From: an uncultured SAR86 cluster bacterium
Lineage (GTDB): Bacteria; Pseudomonadota; Gammaproteobacteria; Magnimaribacterales; AG-339-G14
Assembly: GCA_902560275.1 (NCBI GenBank)
Contig: CACELJ010000001.1
Coordinates: 883-64,882 of the forward strand
DNA: 64,000 nt
Direction of reading: 5' to 3'
Positions 57,862 to 64,000 of this stretch are shown here, piece after piece (the first letter of the stretch is position 1; each line of letters starts with the position of its first letter). A model generated the notes under the pieces. The model did no database searches and had not been told where the DNA came from. It saw only the letters and a list, made by a program, of their open reading frames with translations. The position numbers were made by a program, and so were the translations under genes.

Positions 57862-58116
57862 CTACCTTAGCTTGCCTTGGACTTTTGCTCTATGCCTTCC
57901 AACAGAAAAAGAACGTTTTGATAAATGCTTCGTATTTTTACCGTTGACTCTTTTTCTCCACATCTTGAAACTACTTTCTTTCATTTCTCGCCTCATAATC
58001 TCTATTACTTCCTGTTCTTTTAAAGAAAACTGAGCTTCGATAGCATCAAAAGGTGTTCTATCCTCCCAGGCCATTTCAATAACCCGTGAAATATCTGAGT
58101 CACTAAGATTTTTCAT
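57862..58116 (-). CDS. DUF2805 / TIGR03643-like small protein
   Basis: VIEMAWEDRTPFDAIEAQFSLKEQEVIEIMRREMK...FKMWRKRV pattern. Confidence 0.65.
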   Translation of the reverse strand: MKNLSDSDISRVIEMAWEDRTPFDAIEAQFSLKEQEVIEIMRREMKESSFKMWRKRVNGKNTKHLSKRSFSVGRHRAKVQGKLR

Positions 58117-58256
58117 TTCAGTAAATTAGATCAATATAGTAACTAACTATAGCTAGGAGAATAATAATCACACCTAGCGAAGAAAGTAACGTCCAAAGAT
58201 GAAACTTTTTATCTTCCTTTTTCATCTGGCATAATAGTCATATACAAACATATTTT

Positions 58257-58475
58257 ATGGCAAAAGAAGATCTAATAGAAATGGAAGGTGAAGTTATCGA
58301 CACCATGCCCAACACTACATTCAAAGTTAAGCTTGAAAATGATCATGTGATAACGGCTCATATTTCGGGAAAAATGAGAAAAAACTACATCAGAATTCTC
58401 ACTGGAGATAAGGTTAAAGTTGAAATGACACCTTATGATTTATCTAAAGGTAGGATTACTTACAGGGGTAAATAA
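58257..58475 (+). CDS. infA: translation initiation factor IF-1
   Basis: [70 protein letters not shown]. Confidence 0.97.
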   Translation: MAKEDLIEMEGEVIDTMPNTTFKVKLENDHVITAHISGKMRKNYIRILTGDKVKVEMTPYDLSKGRITYRGK

Positions 58476-60740
58476 TTAAACCTTTTCTTTTTTCTTCTCT
58501 TCTTTTCTTGGACTAGATTTAAGATCGATTTTTAATTCATCATCTTCAACTGAAACCATAACGCTACCGCCATTTTTTGAAAGTTCACCGAAAATTAATT
58601 CCTCAGCTAACGGTTTCTTGATTTTATCTTGAATTATCCTGTACATAGGTCTTGCACCCATTTTTTCATCGTATCCTTCTTTTGACAGCCAAGATCTTGC
58701 ATCGTCATCAACTTCTAAAGTAACTTGCTTTTCATCAAGTTGAGCTTGCACTTCTGTTAAAAATTTATCAACTATTGTAAGAATAACTTCTTCAGGTAAA
58801 GAATCAAATTGAACTATTGCATCAAGTCTATTTCTAAATTCTGGAGAGAAAGCTTTTTTTATAACTTCAGCACCATCCGATGAATTATCTTGTTTTTGGA
58901 ATCCCATAGAATTCCTAGCCATCTCTTGTGCGCCTGAATTAGTTGTCATGATTAAGACAACGTTTTTAAAACTAGCTACTCTGCCATTATTATCGGTCAA
59001 TGTACCGTGATCCATTACTTGAAGTAAGACATTAAAAACTTCGGGATGAGCCTTCTCAATTTCATCTAATAAAATCACTGAGTGAGGATTTTTTACAGCT
59101 GCTTCTGTCAATAATCCACCTTGATCATAACCAACATAACCAGGAGGTGCTCCAATTAATCTAGAAACAGTATGTCTCTCCATATATTCAGACATATCAA
59201 ATCTGATTAGTTCTACGCCCATAGACAATGATAATTGTCTTGATAATTCTGTTTTTCCGACACCAGTTGGTCCGGCAAATAGAAAACTTCCAATTGGCTT
59301 TTCTTCGTTACCAAGGCCTGCTCTAGACATAACAATAGAGCTGACTAATTTTTCAATAGCGTCATCTTGACCAAAAATGACTCTTTTTAAGTTTTCTTCG
59401 AGTTTACCTAAAGAAACCTTGTCATCTTTAGAGACACTTTTTTCAGGTATTCTAGCCATCAAAGAAATAACCTTTTGGATGTCTAGTTCAGAAACAGTTT
59501 TTCTTCTATTATTTTTTAGAAGTCTTAACCTTGCACCAGCTTCATCAACAACATCAATGGCTTTATCTGGAAGAAATTTGTCATTTATGTGCTTTGATGA
59601 AAGTTCTACAGCTGATTTTAATGCCTCTTTTGAATATTTAAGTTCATGGTGCTCTTCAAATTTTGATTTTAAACCTTCAAGAATTTTTAAAGTTTCTTCC
59701 TGAGATGGCTCCTCAATGTCTACTTTCTGAAATCTTCTTGATAATGCCCTATCCTTTTCAAAAATATTTCTGTATTCAGTATAAGTTGTAGAACCAACCA
59801 AAGTGAAACTACCTTTTCCCAAGGTAGGTTTTAATAAATTTGAGGCATCCATTACTCCTCCAGACGTTGCACCTGCACCAATTACGGTATGAATCTCATC
59901 TATGAAAAGTATAGATCCTTCAATTTTTTTTAGTTCTTTGAGAATTGACTTTAATCTTTTTTCAAAGTCTCCTCTGTATTTTGTTCCAGCAAGAAGAGTT
60001 CCCATATCTAAAGAAAAAATTTGACGATTTTTTAAGACATCAGGGACATTTCCTTCTACTATATTTTTTGCAAGACCTTCTACAACAGCTGTCTTTCCAA
60101 CACCGGATTCTCCAACTAACAGCGGATTGTTTTTACTTCGTCTTGAGATTATTTGAGTGATTCTCTCTAATTCATTAGATCTGCCAATAAGCGGATCTAT
60201 GTTTCCTTCAGCTGCTTCTTGATTTAAATTAGTAGCGTATTTAATTAATGCATTTTGCTCAGATTCGTCGCCATCTTCATTTTGATAGTCTATTTCTAAA
60301 TCTTCAGATTCCTCTTCCTCCCCGTGACTAAGGTAGGAAACGGCATCTAATCTTGTCATGCCTTGTTGTTTTAACAAATAAACGCTGTAAGACTCTTTTT
60401 CACTGAATAAAGCAACAATTATGTTAGCTCCGGTTACTTCTGCCCCTTTTGTGCTTTGAACGTGAAAGACTGCTCTTTGAATTACTCTTTGAAAGCTCAG
60501 AGTAGCTTGAACATCTTTATTTGAATCTCTATTTTCTGGGATAGAGTCCTTTAAAAATTTATCTAACTCTAAAGTTAATTTTTCAATATCAACATTACAA
60601 GCAGACAGTAACTTAAGAGCTTCGTTATTATCTAAAAGACAAAATAATAAATGCTCTGTTGTAACAAATTCATGGTTAGAGCTATGTGCTTTCTTAAATG
60701 CGTTATTGAGACAATTTTCTAAATTCTTTTCTAACATCAA
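58476..60740 (-). CDS. clpA: ATP-dependent Clp protease ATP-binding subunit ClpA
   Basis: Two AAA+ modules with Walker A motifs GESGVGKT and GPTGVGKT. It lies downstream of clpS and convergent with infA, as in E. coli. Confidence 0.95.
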   Translation of the reverse strand: MMLEKNLENCLNNAFKKAHSSNHEFVTTEHLLFCLLDNNEALKLLSACNVDIEKLTLELDKFLKDSIPENRDSNKDVQATLSFQRVIQRAVFHVQSTKGAEVTGANIIVALFSEKESYSVYLLKQQGMTRLDAVSYLSHGEEEESEDLEIDYQNEDGDESEQNALIKYATNLNQEAAEGNIDPLIGRSNELERITQIISRRSKNNPLLVGESGVGKTAVVEGLAKNIVEGNVPDVLKNRQIFSLDMGTLLAGTKYRGDFEKRLKSILKELKKIEGSILFIDEIHTVIGAGATSGGVMDASNLLKPTLGKGSFTLVGSTTYTEYRNIFEKDRALSRRFQKVDIEEPSQEETLKILEGLKSKFEEHHELKYSKEALKSAVELSSKHINDKFLPDKAIDVVDEAGARLRLLKNNRRKTVSELDIQKVISLMARIPEKSVSKDDKVSLGKLEENLKRVIFGQDDAIEKLVSSIVMSRAGLGNEEKPIGSFLFAGPTGVGKTELSRQLSLSMGVELIRFDMSEYMERHTVSRLIGAPPGYVGYDQGGLLTEAAVKNPHSVILLDEIEKAHPEVFNVLLQVMDHGTLTDNNGRVASFKNVVLIMTTNSGAQEMARNSMGFQKQDNSSDGAEVIKKAFSPEFRNRLDAIVQFDSLPEEVILTIVDKFLTEVQAQLDEKQVTLEVDDDARSWLSKEGYDEKMGARPMYRIIQDKIKKPLAEELIFGELSKNGGSVMVSVEDDELKIDLKSSPRKEEKKKEKV

Positions 60741-61096
60741 TCTTCGTCATCCACTGGTTCAATTTCACTTAATAAAGGATGTTCATTTTGCTGAGCAAAA
60801 TCATTGATTTGTGATGATTTTGTTTCAGCTATTTCTTTTGTAAAGATACCACAAACTCCTTTTCCATGAGTGTGCACTGCTAACATAATTTGCGTTGCTC
60901 TTTCCTGATCATAATTAAAAAACTTTTGTAGTACATATACTACAAATTCCATGGGCGTATAGTCGTCATTCAACAAAAGAATTCTATATAAAGAAGGTTT
61001 TTTTACTATTGGATCAGAAGGTCTAATAGCGACTGATAAGTCGCCCTCAAATTCTTCTTCTGGATTCTTGCTCTCTAATTTGAAATCAAAAAACAT
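60737..61096 (-). CDS. clpS: ClpS adaptor protein
   Basis: [24 protein letters not shown]...[11 protein letters not shown]. Confidence 0.93.
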   Translation of the reverse strand: MFFDFKLESKNPEEEFEGDLSVAIRPSDPIVKKPSLYRILLLNDDYTPMEFVVYVLQKFFNYDQERATQIMLAVHTHGKGVCGIFTKEIAETKSSQINDFAQQNEHPLLSEIEPVDDED

Positions 61097-61106
61097 TAAA
61101 TCTTTG

Positions 61107-62381
61107 CTATTTGAGATACCCCATCTTCATGCCTTTGCAAACCTCATCTGCAAATTCTGAACACTTAAGTTTTGTAGCATTCTTCATTAATCTAGCTAAG
61201 TCGTAAGTAACAAGCTTATTTTTAATAGCCCAGCTAATTCCTTTGATGACGTTATCTGAAGCTTCTTTCCATCCAATATGATTAAGCATCATTCCGGCTG
61301 AAAGAATTAAAGATGATGGGTTTACTTTGTCTTCACCAGCATACTTTGGAGCTGTTCCATGAGTAGCTTCAAATAAAGCGATATGATCTCCAACGTTAGC
61401 TCCTGGAGCTAAGCCTAACCCACCTACTTTGGCTGCTAAAGCATCAGAAATATAGTCTCCGTTTAAATTCATTGTAGCTATAACATCGTAATCAGCGGGC
61501 CTAGTCAGGATTTGTTGTAAAAAAGAATCGGCTATTACGTCTTTGATAACAATAGTCCTTCCAGTTTTAGGATTTATAAAACTCATCCATTCACCACCAT
61601 CTAGAGAAACCGCACCGTATTCTGTTTTAGCAACTCCGTAACCCCATTCCTTAAATGCTCCTTCAGTAAATTTCATTATGTTGCCTTTATGCACCAAAGT
61701 GACAGAGGATCTGTCATTATCAACAGCATATTGAATTGCTTTTCGAACCAATCTCTCAGTTCCAGACTTGGAGATAGGTTTAACACCAATACCGCAAAAT
61801 TCTTCAAACCTAATATTTCCAACCCCCATTTCTTCCTGAAAAAATTTAATAACCTTTTTTGCTTCGTCAGAATCAGCCTTGAATTCTATACCGGCATAGA
61901 TATCTTCAGAATTTTCCCTAAAAACAACCATATCAGTAGATTCAGGATAGATTACTGGGCTAGGGACTCCTTCAAAATAAGTAATCGGCCTTTCACAAGA
62001 ATAAAGATCTAATTTTTGTCTAAGGGCAACATTTAAAGACCTAATACCTCCACCAATAGGAGTAGTAAGTGGGCCTTTTATTGCAACAATATATTCTTTA
62101 ATTGCATCAATCGTTTCATCAGGAAGCCAAGTATCATTCCCATAGGTTTCTACTGATTTTTCACCACAATAAATTTCCATCCAAGAGATCCTTTTTTCAT
62201 CACCATAAGCAGTTTCCACAGCATTATCGATGACTTTAATCATTGCAGGAGTAATATCTGTACCAATACCATCGCCCTCTATGAAGGGAATTATGGGATT
62301 ATCAGGTACATTCAGCTTACCTGCTTCATTAATTGTGATAGGTTCTCCACCAGACGGAATTACTATTTTTTCAAAACTCAT
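61107..62381 (-). CDS. icd: NADP-dependent isocitrate dehydrogenase
   Basis: [30 protein letters not shown], and [12 protein letters not shown]. Confidence 0.95.
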   Translation of the reverse strand: MSFEKIVIPSGGEPITINEAGKLNVPDNPIIPFIEGDGIGTDITPAMIKVIDNAVETAYGDEKRISWMEIYCGEKSVETYGNDTWLPDETIDAIKEYIVAIKGPLTTPIGGGIRSLNVALRQKLDLYSCERPITYFEGVPSPVIYPESTDMVVFRENSEDIYAGIEFKADSDEAKKVIKFFQEEMGVGNIRFEEFCGIGVKPISKSGTERLVRKAIQYAVDNDRSSVTLVHKGNIMKFTEGAFKEWGYGVAKTEYGAVSLDGGEWMSFINPKTGRTIVIKDVIADSFLQQILTRPADYDVIATMNLNGDYISDALAAKVGGLGLAPGANVGDHIALFEATHGTAPKYAGEDKVNPSSLILSAGMMLNHIGWKEASDNVIKGISWAIKNKLVTYDLARLMKNATKLKCSEFADEVCKGMKMGYLK

Positions 62382-62475
62382 AACTTTTCTTTATCTATAG
62401 GTAGGGATAATTTAGGGGGAGATTGTACCATTAAAATAAAGGTTTAAGACTTTTGCATTTTTTTAATAAAATACC

Positions 62476-63549
62476 TTGATGAGAGTACTAGTTGGCATGT
62501 CTGGTGGTGTAGATTCTTCGGTTTCTGCAGCACTTCTACTGCAAGAGGAATATGATGTAGAAGGTGCTTTTATGAAGAATTGGGAAGATGATGATGGAAC
62601 CCCACTTTGTACTGCAAAAGAAGATTTTATGGACGCTGCCAAGGTTGCAGATCAATTAAATATTAAATTACATCATGTAAATTTTTCAAAAGAATACAAA
62701 AGTAAGGTTTTTGATAAATTTCTAATAGATCTAGAAAAAGGTAAAACTCCCAATCCTGATGTTTTATGCAATCAATATATTAAATTTAATGAATTTTATA
62801 AATATGCTATCGAAAATAATTTTGATTGTATTGCCACGGGTCATTACGCAGGAATAAAAGAGATTTCTGGACTTAATTACTTAGTAAAAGCAAAAGATAA
62901 AAACAAAGATCAAACCTATTTTCTTTGCAATATAAATCAAAAGGTTTTAGATAAAACTATCTTTCCACTTTCTGAACTTACAAAGAAAGAAGTTAGGGAT
63001 ATTGCAAAATCAATGAATTTATCTACCTTTGAAAAAAAAGATAGTACTGGAATATGTTTTATTGGAGAAAGGCCCTTCCCTAGTTTTTTGGAGAACTATA
63101 TTAACGATAAACCTGGAAAAATTATTTGTGACAAGGGCAATGAGGTTGGTTTGCACAGGGGCCTCTCTTTTTATACCTTAGGTCAAAGACAAGGGTTAGG
63201 AATCGGTGGATTGAAGGATTACGACGAAAGACCTTGGTATGTAGTAGAAAAAAAATTATCAGAAAATATTCTTGTAGTAGTTCAAGGAAACGATAATCAA
63301 CAATTATTTAATAATAAATTATCTGTTGATTCTATTAATTGGATCTGTGAACCAGATCTGACCGAACCTATAAAACTGCAAGCCAAAATTAGATACAGAC
63401 AAGATGATCAGGAATGCATCTTATCGAAAAAGGGTAAAACGTTTAGTGTAGAATTTAAAAAGCCTCAGAGAGCCATTACTCCAGGTCAATCAATTGTCTT
63501 TTATCAAGATAATGTTTGTTTAGGCGGTGGAGAAATTTATAAGTCATGA
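62476..63549 (+). CDS. mnmA: tRNA 2-thiouridine(34) synthase
   Basis: PP-loop GMSGGVDSS, NPDVLCN, and TGHYA. Confidence 0.93.
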   Translation: MMRVLVGMSGGVDSSVSAALLLQEEYDVEGAFMKNWEDDDGTPLCTAKEDFMDAAKVADQLNIKLHHVNFSKEYKSKVFDKFLIDLEKGKTPNPDVLCNQYIKFNEFYKYAIENNFDCIATGHYAGIKEISGLNYLVKAKDKNKDQTYFLCNINQKVLDKTIFPLSELTKKEVRDIAKSMNLSTFEKKDSTGICFIGERPFPSFLENYINDKPGKIICDKGNEVGLHRGLSFYTLGQRQGLGIGGLKDYDERPWYVVEKKLSENILVVVQGNDNQQLFNNKLSVDSINWICEPDLTEPIKLQAKIRYRQDDQECILSKKGKTFSVEFKKPQRAITPGQSIVFYQDNVCLGGGEIYKS

Positions 63550-64000
63550 CTAAAGAATCACTTTTATCAATATCTCCTATTGATGGAAGATATAAAAATA
63601 AAGTTAAAGATCTTGAAAATTATTTTTCTGAATTTGCTCTGATCAAAACAAGAGTTGAAGTAGAAATAAGATGGCTATTATTTTTATTAAACATAAAAAG
63701 TTTAAATTTTTTACCTCTAATTAATAAAAACCAAAAGAAAAAAATTGAAAGTATCTTTGTAAATTTTAATTTGAAAGAAGCGTCAAAAGTTAAGTCTATA
63801 GAAAAAATTACTAATCATGATGTAAAAGCTGTAGAAGTTTACATAGTAAAGGAGCTTGATTCAGTGGGATTATCCAAACTGAGTGAATTTGTGCATATCT
63901 GTTGCACTTCTGAAGATATCAACAATCTGTCTTATGCATTAATGGTTGAAAGATACAGAACTGAACATTTATTGCCAAATCTAAAATCTCTCAATAAAGA
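63546..64000 (+). CDS. purB: adenylosuccinate lyase, N-terminal part (runs off the window)
   Basis: Not in the track because it has no stop in the window. The ATG at 63546 overlaps the mnmA TGA (ATGA). Translation gives MTKESLLSISPIDGRYKNKVKDLENYFSEFALIKTRVEVEIRWL...NHDVKAVEVYI...CCTSEDINNLSYALM. Confidence 0.85.
   Translation, partial: MTKESLLSISPIDGRYKNKVKDLENYFSEFALIKTRVEVEIRWLLFLLNIKSLNFLPLINKNQKKKIESIFVNFNLKEASKVKSIEKITNHDVKAVEVYIVKELDSVGLSKLSEFVHICCTSEDINNLSYALMVERYRTEHLLPNLKSLNK

Noticed and set aside
59377-59703. 108-aa plus-strand ORF in clpA, plus 59945-60160 in clpA and 61689-62012 in icd.
   Set aside because: All are antisense to highly conserved housekeeping genes, so they are shadow ORFs.
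1-64000. Searched by eye for rRNA or tRNA genes, CRISPR repeat-spacer arrays, IS elements, integrases and phage genes.
   Set aside because: No intergenic gap is long enough or structured like a tRNA or rRNA. There are no regularly spaced direct repeats. No ORF shows transposase or integrase motifs. The accessory-looking middle region therefore has no visible mobility signature.

Overview
This is an AT-rich, very tightly packed bacterial chromosome segment. I saw no rRNA, tRNA, CRISPR array, transposase or integrase. The flanks (1-16.3 kb and 57.9-64 kb) carry gammaproteobacterial housekeeping synteny: dusA, nhaB, nudC, rne<>rluC, rpmF-fabG-acpP-fabF-mltG-tmk-holB on one side, and infA, clpS-clpA, icd, mnmA, purB on the other. 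The central ~40 kb is accessory-like and dominated by envelope, transport and detoxification genes. (i) It holds three very long TonB-dependent receptors (1004-1036 aa) with an embedded type-B carboxylesterase lipoprotein. (ii) It holds a divergent signalling/ion-channel island: a cNMP-gated K+ channel, a DUF481-like outer-membrane protein, a CHASE2 class III adenylate cyclase, a TPR+beta-barrel outer-membrane protein, a BacNaV-type voltage-gated channel with an unusual T-Y-D-D-W filter, and a small lipoprotein. (iii) It holds an Anbu (ancestral proteasome beta-subunit) locus with a circularly permuted ATP-grasp and an alpha-E gene but no transglutaminase. This locus is interleaved with three divergent paralogues of an uncharacterised ~240-aa secreted two-repeat protein. 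(iv) It holds a MAPEG / haloalkane dehalogenase / sulfatase / GST operon. (v) It holds a 6-kb operon divergent from a TetR gene, encoding GST, two nitronate-monooxygenase-like proteins, an HLD-I-like hydrolase, an MBL hydrolase and DUF1330. Low G+C, gene overlaps, many large TonB receptors and the gamma-type synteny fit a streamlined marine gammaproteobacterium such as SAR86. That lineage call is inference only. Sequence oddities include a frameshift on a U UUU UUA heptamer at the 5' end of an AgcS symporter, an oxidoreductase whose Rossmann motif lies upstream of any canonical start codon, and an RNase E lacking the Zn-link cysteines. All family calls come from motifs read by eye; no searches were run.
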